A stretch of DNA of 64,000 nucleotides from Phoronis australis (Eukaryota; Animalia; Phoronida): positions 823,092 through 887,091 of the forward strand of contig NMRA01000068.1 of assembly GCA_002633005.1 (NCBI GenBank), written 5' to 3'. How positions within the stretch are numbered: position 1 is the stretch's first letter; each line of letters begins with the position of its first letter. The position numbers and the translations under genes are program-made. Positions 25,355 to 36,928 of this stretch are shown piece after piece. The notes beneath the pieces were generated by a model. The model did no database searches. It had not been told where the DNA came from and saw only the letters and a program-made list of their open reading frames with translations.

Positions 25355-26989
25355 AGGATAATGCCACCCGATTTAATTAGTCTTTTTTACCGTCTTAATC
25401 GGTCGATATCCACATCGCCTTTTATACGGTCGACCTCACCTTGCCGAGAGATGTCGCGTTAACCTGTGAGGAAGGTGAGAAGCGACGCAGCGACGTCAGT
25501 GGTTCGTATACTGAGTGAATGCCGCTATATTGCGGTGCGTAGGTTCCTGCTTGTACGAATTATGAAGCTGCGAAGAAAGCGGGTATATCGTTTTATCGAC
25601 TTCCTCGAGAGCCCGAAATGCTTAGGAAGTGGCTCGCGGTAGTGAAGAATTAAAGGTATGCTGTTAATAGCAAGTATGAGGCCGTGAAACATCTCTGTGT
25701 CTGTGGCCGGCATTTCGTCGACAGTGATTTCTCTGACGAATTCCGGCTTACCACAGAACTATCCATACGTTCCGTTGCCTATGCATGTTCACGGCGCCTC
25801 TCTAGTATTTCTTGATCAGTGTATTCCGGTTCGAACTGATAGGCTGTGAAACCTAACGATCCGACCCGTGAAGTCTTCGTCAGATGAGCTCTTGACTAAG
25901 TCGGGATTGGCGCCGGGAGAGTTGCCATGTAGACGTTTATTATTGTGCGTTCTGTTTCAAAATGAATTATTCTCATCCTAAAATGATCCTAACCAATGCT
26001 TATATGAAACTGACACAAAGCCTGTCTCATTAGATACAATTTGTAATGCCTTGGAGTGCTCGTCAGTACAAATGTTTTGAGAAGCCAGCAATGAATAAAC
26101 CACTGCGTTACCGGCTTTTGACGCACCGGCAACGAAGGTAATTGACCGGGCACCGAGGCCGTGTGAGCGCATGCTAATTCAGTGTTTGCTGTTGTGAAAC
26201 AATTACTCGAATTTATATGCTATTGTCACATGTTAGTGGAATCTTTATTTAGAAATGAAAATACATTATTCAAATCATTGTTACTGTACAACCTTTGCCC
26301 TGACGTTCTGTAGAAGGGGAACCCGACTTTGGCGGCCCCCGACAAGTAGGCCTAAGTAGATTTTCAGTTTCGTGGCTAATTCACACAAATAATTACATGC
26401 ACATTATTTCTTTGGCTCACTATTATATAGTCTCTTCGTGACTGGAGGTTTAGTTTCCACTACTCAAGCTGGTTTATGTTCGTGCCTGAGTGTCCCGGCG
26501 GCCGTGACGGGCCTGGTCGGGTTCCGAGCCACTGGCCGGGATAACAAGCGTTTTGTGTATTTAATCACAAGTATAAACAACACAGATCTACGTTCTCCTG
26601 TCTGTATTTCACGGAAGAATACTTCGAATTTATCTCCGAACAGACCCCAAACTCCTGCCGAACTTTGCAGGCTATGGTGTCATGTCCAAATACCAGTAAA
26701 TCCGTAACAGCGAAATGAAACAACAAGTTTTAATAAGAACTCGGTGTATTTTTAAGGGTTTCCCATCGAAGTTTGGTGATTTATTGGTGTTAAACGATGA
26801 ATTCAAGCGATAAGCTGACACCACTAACCCAGTGTGAACTGCTGAACAGATTGCGTCATTTGATAATTTCAACACTGACCTCCGCCTGCCGTCAGGTGTC
26901 AGGTAACGCAACCGAACGTGCCGTTATCGAGTAGAACTACTCGATCTAGATTGATACAAAATAGGTTGTTTTTTGGGTGGCATTCTCCT
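25355..26989 (-). mobile_element. Kolobok-type non-autonomous DNA transposon with a KolX-like remnant
   Basis: TTAA|AGGATAATGCCACCC ... GGGTGGCATTCTCCT|TTAA (15-bp TIR, one mismatch, TTAA TSD). Minus-strand remnant GFTAYQFEPEYTDQEILERR at ~25795-25853. Confidence 0.75.
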
Positions 26990-29867
26990 TTAAGTGGTTA
27001 CCAGAAAAGTTGATCTAGCTCAATCTTCGAGTGTCATTCTCTTGGCTCCCCTGACCACACCCACCAGAACGAACCTGCTAGACAGCCATTTCCAAGCATG
27101 AGGATACCCATAGACCACTGTGGCACCAAAGAAAATTGGTTACCTTTTCATGCCCAAAAAAGTTCTGGGATCTCGGTCTGTTTCCAGAGGAGGCGAGATC
27201 ATAGCATCCAAGGCTACCAATTTCTTACTGCTTTCTTACTAATGTATATTCTTTTTAAGGAATCAGTTGCTTCAGTCTTTTCCTGTTGTGTTGAGAACTG
27301 AAATCATACTACTTTTTATGCTAAGAAAGGTGAACCAATGATGGAGTTAACTGTCATTTTTATCCAATTTTTAGACGATATAACCTCTTATAATACAGTA
27401 TTTCATTAGCCAGGTACCACTCTTACGGCGGAATTTTCTCTTAGATGGGAGGCCAGGTACAATTGTACCTTTACACTCTATACGGCACTTTCAACTATCC
27501 GGTACACGGGGAAGTGGCAATCATAACGTAAGATTCCCGCCATTTTTGGAGTGCACGTTTAACTCATAAAGCGTCTCGGTGACAGACAGCCTACCATTGA
27601 GAATTCACGTTAACACGAATGGATTCTGAAAATTCCGTGAGAAAGGGCCCCAAAATTCCCGTGGGGTGCATCATCTCCTGTGCTCTCCGACCGGTTGCTG
27701 TCAAGTACGTGAATCGGCCCAAACGTCTTCGGGAATTGCCTTTGATTCCATTCTGAAAATTATCAATGGAGTTTGAAATAAGTTTGCACCCTAATAACAA
27801 CCAGCAGGTATCTTGAAACAGTGAGCTGTGTGGGTGTCCCTTTAGGATTTTTATTATTGTGCTGAAACGTGATGGAAAAACGTTTCAACTGAAGTTAGGA
27901 ATTTGGATTTACAATTACATATTTATGAGTCTACGAAAGTCTAATGATCTACAGGCAATTTTTGACTATTATAAGTTAGCCGTTTAAGAAATTAATGGTT
28001 GTTTAATGAACTTTGATGCAGACTATTAAAGTAAGAACATTTTTATCATTGTATCTAAAGCAGAAAAGTGCAATACTGTGATTTTTTCCTAACTTGAATC
28101 GGAAATAATCCTCTAAGAAATTGGTGTTTGAGTGAGCTTTGACGTAGGATCAAGAAATATGGATAGTTCAACATTATTTACCCACTGACGGACCTCCTCT
28201 AGAGAAACTCGGGTACTTTTATTTTCACTGAGCAGGGATTTTGAAGCAGTCCCAGAGTATACAAGAGGGACCGCAGAATCTTACCCTTTCAAATACCTTT
28301 TCACTGTCTTATTCAGTGAATGTAGACATTACGTCTGATTTTCATTCTATCCTGGAAAACGCGAAATGAACCTACAACCGGAGTTTCCTATACTGTGTCG
28401 CATTTGTTGTTTTGCGTTAATAAAGTAGACAATTTCTGTAAAGCACGTAAGCATACGCTGATTAACGTGGTATTGGGTGACATGAAAGGATATCTGTTGA
28501 GACAAGACACTTGGGAGCTTTGGCCAAACCTTAGGATACGTGTTCTATCTGAAAACAAAAGGTCTCATACACAAGGTATTCGGGACAGTTATTTTCGGCG
28601 ACAACGCAGACAGACATGAATACTTGAACTTTATCTCAGACAATACTTCAGCAGTTGCTCAGAGATTTCTATCAAAATAGCTTGATTCATTTATGTGAAT
28701 GCATTTTTCTTTTGCTTTTATTTTCGAAAATCTTTGAATCTATCATAATCCGCATCTAGTCTCATGATTAATTGGTACAACCTTGCCCGATAAAATCAGT
28801 TGATATAATTCTAGTTCAAGCTTGATATTCGAAACACAAAACGTTTATAATAGATTACTGTGTTTTCAAAGCATGTCTGGTTATGTTCGACAAGAATAAT
28901 TTTGTTTTTATTTGGCTGAGTTATTTTATTTTTATTTTGAATCTACAGGGTAGACCAAACTAGACAACTCAACACCGAGAACATCAAACCCAGCTTGCAT
29001 CACAAAAATGAATCTGATTTAGACCACTTACCGTTGTGAAATTTGTACCAAAGTGTTCTTTTATCAAATTGTGGGGGATTTCCCAGGTTATTATTTGAAA
29101 CTAAGCCCAACCATGGGCTCACGGTAGATGCGCCTTGCACGGGTCTAAATAAAAAATTGTTGTCTGTCCCCCAGGTGACGCTACCAGGCTGGCTACCACC
29201 TAGCGGCAGGGAACAACCTCGTGATTCTGTTTCCGGTTTCAACACAGCAAGTGGGGAGCGGGACGCTGGTCGCTAGATGTCGCGAGAGTAAAAAAGGTAA
29301 TTTTGCGACTGGGTCGCGTTTGCGAGCGGGGGGACAATGTCAATCCAGGTATGCAGCAAGGACATCTTTTGTCGAAAATCATGATTCTATTTTTGGAATG
29401 CAGGGATTCCCAGACACTCTTCTACAAAGAAGATACGAAAGACAAAAGCGCGCGGCTACCAAAATTCGACCAGCTGGTCATAAAGACTTATTTGTGCAAT
29501 GGATTGTGGAGATGAAACTGCAGAAAAAGAATTTTTTAATGTTTATTATGAAATTGTCACAGGCTTATATATAAAGAAATATAAAAAATATACACAAATA
29601 CATGAATAAAATGTTAAGATTACAATGACATGATGGTAATGAATTTAAATAAATCATTTTCATTCACAATAAATAAATTCACATGTATGCAATTTATCTA
29701 CTCACACAAAGAGTTTACTCACACGGACTCACACAGAGATTTAATATTAAAACGGATTTTGAAACTATTTCGAATAAAACCTTATTTTCATTTAGGTCGA
29801 GCTCCAATTTACATCCACTTAGAAAAAAATTGAAGAAGATCTGAATATTTTTTGTAAACATTGTCAG

Positions 29868-32800
29868 ATTTTTTAGTGTCTGGAAAAGTGGGGCCCTCTG
29901 CTCTCCCCACATACCACACAGGCAAGCAAAGAAAATATGAGCATTTGTCGAAGTGTCTCCACAGAAACAAAGAGTGGGTGAAGTATTTCAAAAAACACAG
30001 GGGTATCCATGGCTTTGTAGAAAATCATGAGGCAGCATCAAACCCAGTAAAAGATTTTGAAGTGGAGATGTCAGTAAACTACACGGCTGTTAAAGAGCAA
30101 TTGGAAATTTGGCCTATATGAACTCGTGAAGGTGAGTTGGAATACATGCAATTATTCTTTGGTAGTGTTAAAACTCATACCAAAGATTTCGTCACAACTC
30201 GACATTTGTTGTTAATAACACTATCCACTTAGCTCAGTACTCAAAGTCAGTATTCACTTTCTCTCCAGATCAGATACAGATTATAATGTCCAACAGTGAG
30301 TTCTATTAATTTTGTTTTGTTGGTACCAATTACTGTGCACACTGTTTTGTTATATTGGTGTTTCTTACATTGCATTGCTGGTGTATTTTTGGGTTGATAA
30401 GTACCGATAGTTTTGTGCTGATTTGTGTTGCTAGTGGCCCATGATGGCAGCCATACAGGTTTGCATAAGTGCCCCAGTCCAAGACTGTTAATTAAAGAAA
30501 TCCCTGTTTCCAAGTTAAACTACCCTGGCTGTCAGAACCTAAGAAAGGTTACACACATGGATCAATTTTGTATGCTGTAGGATGTATTTTTCTACTTTGC
30601 CTGACATTAATCATAACCTAATACAATGCAAAACAGCAAATTTACCATTTCGGTGAAAAAACTAAACTGTTACTAAAATATATATTCTTCTCTTTCAGAC
30701 AACCACAGAAACTTTACAGTCAGAACTGAAGATGATGGGCAACGGAAAACAGTTCTAAGATAAGCTTAATGGGTTCAAAAGTAATGGAGTATCATCAAGT
30801 CTCAAACAGGCAAAAGCAAAAAAGGTATTGAATCCTAAGACATCTGAGTAAAGTTCAGTATACACAACAAATCAAGATTATACAAGTCTTTGTGACACTT
30901 TGTAATACATTTTAAGTGAAGTAGGTGATGACGCTGAAGTACAATCATGTTGTTAAAGCGAGATTCAAATGTAAAACAGCATCATGATTAGTTTGATATT
31001 CTTACTTGTTTCCTCATCACTAAATCTAGAGCTCATTCTACAGGTATTACAGACTGAACACGCATACAGACAAAATGTACAGATCAAGCAAGTCACTGGA
31101 TGGAAAAAAACAAAGATGTGAAGAATCAATATGCATGCAAGAAGTTGTTGCTTTTCCAGGGTACAAGATGAGCATAGCAACCAAGTATAATTAAAGTCCT
31201 ATGTAGTGTTAATTAGGTAATGTCAAGTCAAATCAAAACACATTTCTAAGTACATTAAATGAAGTTAGCCTCAATGATCAAACACTGAATTTCATTCAGC
31301 CACAGGGCAGTTTAAACACGTGTCAAAATTGTGAAAGTTCATAGCACTCAGTACTGAGACATACTCTAAAAACACAAACCAAAATGAATGTTTTTTAAGA
31401 ATATGCATTGTGTGCTTTTAAGCGATTACTTCAGCCAGTACAAATGTGGTTTGCTTTAGTCTGAAGTTTCTGATTTTAACTTGATATCACACCTAGTTAT
31501 GGTAATGGTAAAACAGATTCACTAGCTACATTTTCCATAGTCATCTTTTATCCAACTACCGTTTCGAACACAATGCATATTATATCACAGAGAAAAGATG
31601 TCAGAGACACTTCACAATGACTTGATGTTTCCTAACTAGGAGCAAGTATGTGTTGAAAAATATATATTTGTTGATCTGCCAATATCAGAGTAACATTCAG
31701 CTCATGTCATGGACAAGGTAATAATGATTTCAATTGCAGGAGCGTCCCCTGCTGCTCATCACTTTCAAAATATTCTCAATAAAGAACCATGAATTTATTA
31801 GGTTTGCAAAAATGATCATACTTCACCAATCTTTGGATATTGCCGGCATTGTAAGACGATGCTCAACACTTAGCTTGAAGCCAAGTCGCATTTGGCTACT
31901 TGCTGAAAATCCCAGGTCGCCAAAGGAAATCTGACGTCGTCCAAAATTGATGTTTGTCATCAGAATAGTTGGCTAAAAAGGTTATGCTATACTCCGTTCT
32001 TGGGAACTTACGTCGCATACTCAGAATGTAGGTGATCATATACACTTTAGGAGCTAGTTTCACTCATCATGCATGATTATCGCCAACTTCCACCTGTGTA
32101 CTTCCTGATGTAATTTTAATGCAAGTTTGACAAGTGCTAACTGCTGTCGGTGGTGGCAAATGCACCAATTTCATGAAATAAACAAAACACTTGTAAACAA
32201 AGGTATCAAATCTAAGAAAACTGTTAGTAACTTAAAATTTAGGAGTCAACACAAACTTTGAAACAAATTTCGAGGGAATTGTCTGACTTTGATACTCGCA
32301 GTGGTGACTTCATGGCGACTTGGGATTTTTCCCAGGTGACCAAACACAATCTGTAGTTCACTAAATCAAGCACTGCAAGACATAATTGTCAGAGGTAATG
32401 TTAATGATGCTCAATACGTAATAATCATAAAGCATTTTGATTATGTAGGACCCTATCAAAATGTCCAATTTTGTCCATCCTTGAGACATCTTACAAGATG
32501 CTGATTGGATTCACGTGAAACTTTTACAGAATATACTTTATAAACTAATCCCCAACATGCCGTTAGAAATGATTTTTTAAAATGTTCCACATTTGCGTGA
32601 GGGCCTACCAGAAAGCAGGAATTGCATAAATTTCATGAATTTTTTACATTGCATAAAACAAAAATGAGACGGTAATTTAGCAAACTGTAACAGCATTTTT
32701 GAGATTTACCTTGAACATTATGTTATAAACACACGAAGTAAAATTCTACAGTTTTGTAAATATTTGACTTAATGTGCAGACTTGTCAATAAAGTACGACA

Positions 32801-33700
32801 TAACCTTTAAGCACACCATATGGTAAATGTCATCCATAAACAAGACTTACGGATTATACACCCTACTACATTTCAATAATTCTATTATAAACACCAGACT
32901 ACTTTGTATGCCCATCCTCTGTTTTTAGTATGTGTCACGACAAATGCTGGATATGAAGTGATGCCTGGAAGTCGAAAATGAAAACATGGCATCCTTGCAG
33001 AAGGCTCTATCGGTCCTGAGACAGCACAATGAAGAATGGAATCCAAGATGTTTTGTGGATGATGCATCTGAAATAGAAACTCCAGCAATTAAAACTATGT
33101 TAATGTGTTTTCAGGTACTTACTTTACACAGTAGTAATGACATTACTGAACTGGTAAATGTTTTGTCAGAGCCTCAATATAATGCCTATAGCATTCAACA
33201 TTTTCCGTTAAACAGCTTGGTCACAACACACTGCTGTTCTCCGTATACAATATATAGATTTCACTGCCAATCTTAGGCATTGCATAAAACCCCATTAGGT
33301 TCAAAGTTACAAACTGAAAATTAAACCACTTGCTGCTTCTTCCTCACAATGTCAGAATTTTAATTCTTAGTAGTTAAAACTACTAAGCTTGGGAAAAGTC
33401 GATGAAAAAAAAATCATTTGTAACACCAAACATGGGTTGCAAAGCCCCTTGAACTACATACTTGTTAACTTTCTCTATGTGTGTGCAGAGATCTTTCTTT
33501 ATGACTTTCACAGGGAAGAGGCCTGGTACGGCTGGGTATCCTCCTACATGAACGGAGTGGTGGCACATCAGGACAAAATTCTTACTGCTTACTTCCCTTC
33601 GAGTAAGGCAACAACACTGAAAATGCCCATGGTCTTCATGAATAAACTCTGCTGAGCCTTGACAGTGATCTGATGAGAAAGCAAAATAATGTTATTATTA
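29868..33700 (+). pseudogene. Decayed, intron-containing Mutator (MULE) transposase of the CaRF-like type
   Basis: Exon-like blocks 29868-30131, 30699-30824, 31044-31168 (..CEESICMQEVVAFPGYK), ~32890-33115 (PLFLVCVTTNAGYEV..SLQKALSVLRQHNEEWNPRCFVDD) and 33489-~33700 (IFLYDFHREEAW, a decayed LCDFHREQAW motif). Many stops and frameshifts. Confidence 0.7.
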
Positions 33701-33842
33701 AGTAAGCTTGTCCGCTGCATGAGGACTCATCCTTAAAATAATATCACAAAACAAAACCTTAAAGTTTCAAAATATAAAAGACAATCACTTAAGATCATGA
33801 TAGTCAATGTTTGTAGAATCAAAGACAAACTGTCATATGTGT

Positions 33843-33961
33843 CATGGGCGGCGCAGCCCCCCATCCCCCTGTGGTACACCGCCCATAGACCATGGGCGCC
33901 GGAGCACTGAAAAAAGTGGGGGGCTATAGCCCTCCCAGCCCCCTATGGTGCGCCGTCCATG
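33843..33961. mobile_element. Second copy of the CATG-ended mini-transposon, 5-bp TSD TGTGT
   Basis: CATGGGCGGCGCA ... TGCGCCGTCCATG (13-bp TIR, one mismatch). TGTGT at 33838-33842 and 33962-33966. Confidence 0.75.
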
Positions 33962-34767
33962 TGTGTTATGTTCCAGAATGCAGAATCGGTTTCCACTGAG
34001 CTACAAGTGGGTACATTGAGACAAGAAGACTGCAAGAAGTAACATGGAGTAAAGAAAGCGTTGCATACAAAAGGAAAAAATTGAATGCAAGTCACATACT
34101 AGTAGCTGTGACTCAATCAACTCCATTTTGATAAAGTACAATGGGTTTATAATCAGAGAATATTTTGATCAACTTTGTGAAAAATATTTTCTTCCTAGGA
34201 AAATAATTCGTAAGACATCAATTGTTAGGTCTCACACTTTCAATGTATACATCAACATTAATTATGGGTGAATTGTACTTTGATGATAACTTCTAAGATA
34301 TTTTTGTTAGCCAATTAGATGTTGAGTGAGTCATGGACATACGCTCTGAACTTCTAAGATTAAACTGTTTCTTATGGCGAAGATATCAATTCAGAATAAT
34401 TAAGCTGTTATTGGTACTTTGCAATTGACTCAAAATTAAATCAGAGCAATGCAACATCTATTGTTTTTTAATCAAAATACATCGATTTGGCCTTTTGGGA
34501 ATTAACACTCTTTGTGATGTTAACTTTTAAACAAATTGAATATCTTGAAAGATATGAAACAATATCATAACTAGTGAGTAAATATGGCCATCCTAAAAAT
34601 GAAATGTGTAATATTTAAAAAAGATCACTAGAATGACAATGAAACTTTAATTATTATTTTAAATTAGGAATTGCCCTAAAATTGCACAGTGAGTTACATA
34701 TGTCACCAATTAATTGTGCACCTGTGAATAACTTACACATGGAAATTCAACATTTTCATATAGTTAC

Positions 34768-34851
34768 CTGTATTGTTCACTTCATCTTTCATTCGAGCTT
34801 CTGTCATCTATTGGGTAGCACAACGCCATCAAAAAATTCCATGCAAATAAC
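34768..34851 (-). ncRNA. Candidate exon 2 of a non-coding or uORF-only spliced transcript
   Basis: Acceptor aaatttcag|GTT and donor ACAG|gtaact. Joined to candidate exon 1 it gives only MNFDMVICMEFFDGVVLPNR*. Confidence 0.35.
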
Positions 34852-34892
34852 CTGAAATTTTTGAAAAACACTTCTGAATTACCAGACAACTA

Positions 34893-35107
34893 GTCCTACC
34901 TGACTCCGCTGGTTGACATTTTGCAAATGTCAACTAGCTGATCCAGGTATCATCACAAAAATACAAATGCTAGGTCCTACCTGACTCCACTGGTTGACAT
35001 TTTGCAAATGTCAACTGGCTGATCCAGGTATCATCACAAAAATACAAATGCTAGGTCCTACCTCACCTGACTCCGCTGATCCAGGTATCAATGATACTAT
35101 CATCACG
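34893..35107. repeat. 81-bp tandem repeat (~2.5 units) with an internal palindrome
   Basis: GTCCTACC recurs at 34893, 34974 and 35055. Each full unit contains CTGGTTGACATTT-TGC-AAATGTCAACT(A/G)G. Confidence 0.85.
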
Positions 35108-35203
35108 CACATTTTTAAACAGGCGCCCTTCGTGAAGTTTCTCCGTCAAAAAGAGCATTGGTTTCTGTTAGCTCATAAAACATAATAAATCAGGCACACG
35201 TAC

Positions 35204-35295
35204 CATGTCGAAATTCATCTAATGCCGCTGTCACAGTGCTTGAAAATCGAGAAATTCTCTGCTCAAAACAACACTTCGACAGGAAGTAAAGAAAG
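35204..35295 (-). ncRNA. Candidate first exon with a TCT/5'TOP-type start
   Basis: Minus strand TTCC-CTTTCTTTACTTCC fits YC+1TYTYY at ~35295. Donor ATG|gtacgt at 35204/35203. Confidence 0.4.
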
Positions 35296-35390
35296 GGAAT
35301 CCCTCTTGATAGAACGCATGCGCGTGAACTACGTCACTTCCACCTGGATTGGCTCGTTGACATTTTCCCGCTCCCCAGCAAGTGTAAGTT
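35280..35390. promoter_or_regulatory. Compact housekeeping-type, probably bidirectional promoter
   Basis: NRF1-like CGCATGCGC (35315-35323), CRE-half/ETS composite ACGTCACTTCC (35331-35341), ATTGG (35348-35352), E2F-like TTTTCCCGC (35363-35371), + strand donor gtaagt at 35384. Confidence 0.55.
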
Positions 35391-35521
35391 ATAACTTATT
35401 AAATCTTCGTGTGTGATACTTATAAAAGTGATTATTGATAAAAGTGTTGTATGTATTTTGCTTTGACGGAAAATCGTCAAATGTAACGGCCCCAAATAAA
35501 ACCTTAAATTCTGAGGACCTG

Positions 35522-36700
35522 GGCCCGGTCTCCAATCTTTTTACTTGAAATGGAACTCGAAATTAGGTTTGGCATTTTCTACTCTATAGAGTCTATACAC
35601 CGGTGACCTAAAGTCGTGAATATAAGCATAATAAGTGCATATTGTCATACTACCCAATGTCCGTTAGCAACTGCTCATGTGATGTCATGGACATATGTCA
35701 GCCTTCACAAATATACGTGTTTTGACAATCTTAATCCTTGTTTGTCTCCGTAAGCAGAGTTTTGAAACGGTCGCTGATATCGGCGGCCATTTTGAATGAG
35801 GTCCTAAAGTCGTGACCGTTTCGGTTAGACGGATATACACGAAGTAAGACCTCACAAGTCAACTACAGTGCGTACAGTTACTCTAGATGACATAAAAATG
35901 CATTGCATTGTTTATTAATTCAGTTTCAATTGAAATAAATTGTTATAAGTTTTGCACCCAACTTTGATGTGCACAGACGTTTTCAATGAGGTTGTTCACG
36001 TAAAACGCTAAGAACCCAGCATCAATTATCACTCTGTATTTTATTGTTTTGGCCTTACAAAACTTGATCAACCCTGGGACATTTTGATACATTGTTCAAG
36101 CTACCCCTGGAGCGCGTGTTTGAGTAAATCTGAACGATAAATATTTTTGAAAATATATCCCAAAAATGCCCAAAAAAGTGAATTAGTGAAATATGCTGTT
36201 TTTAAGATACATATGAAAAAAGAAGCCACTCACTCACTGTTTGTTATCATATTGTGAATACGAACACGTCCTGGTATTCGTTTGACGTTCGTAAGCAGAC
36301 GAACACTGGAAACTTCAACGCCAGATGTCGCAGGACCGCGCAGAAGAGGAAATAAGATCGTTCACGACTTTAGGGCACTCACGACTTTAGGGCTTCTGAC
36401 GCTACTTTTGGGCGAACTCAAGATAAGTGTCTGTTATTCTATGATCGAGTGCACAATAACTTACTTAGATAATTTATTGCCCTTAGTTCACAGTTTGTAA
36501 ACCCAATATTAAAGCAATAAGTTCGAGTTTGAACTCGAAATTTCGAGTTTTTACTCGAGTTTGTAGCACAAATATAAGGGTCTTCAAGGGCAAACTTGAA
36601 CTAGAAACTCCTATGCATAAACTATAATGTATTCGAGCAGATAACCAATTATCTTAAGTTCGCACAAAAGGAGCAGAGTACAAAGATTAGAGACCGGGCC
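35522..36700. mobile_element. PIF/Harbinger-like MITE (CWG target) carrying a nested element
   Basis: CTG|GGCCCGGTCTCCAATCTTT ... AAAGATTAGAGACCGGGCC|CAG. Confidence 0.7.
35598..36402. mobile_element. Tc1/pogo-type MITE nested in the Harbinger-like element
   Basis: TA-flanked. Subterminal CCTAAAGTCGTGA (35607, 35803) with inverted TCACGACTTTAGG copies (36362, 36379). Confidence 0.6.
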
Positions 36701-36928
36701 CAGGTGTGAGGTGGTACCCCGGCTGCTCGAGACGAAACTGGCTGGTACAGTCATAGCCAATTACATCGCCCTGGATGCCGCAGGTATACAGGGGCGATAG
36801 TACATCCCCACAAAAAGTTACTCATTTCAAAATACAGCAAAGAAAATCAAATGAATCATACATATAGGAACATGGAGTTATAATAAACACACAGGCGCTC
36901 GGATTTCCAGATCACTCATAACCATATA

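Noticed and set aside
19597-27240. Possible old minus-strand LINE (poly-A at ~19598-19610) hosting the Academ and Kolobok insertions
   Set aside because: Stitched translations give no motif I can recognise with confidence.
33586-33669. Apparent minus-strand exon with good splice signals
   Set aside because: It overlaps plus-strand MULE coding remnants that already explain the sequence, and has no independent support.
34483-34500. GGCCTTTTGG identity to the U2 snRNA 5' region (possible scaRNA guide on the minus strand)
   Set aside because: A 10-nt match without a convincing adjacent D/D' box or canonical C box.
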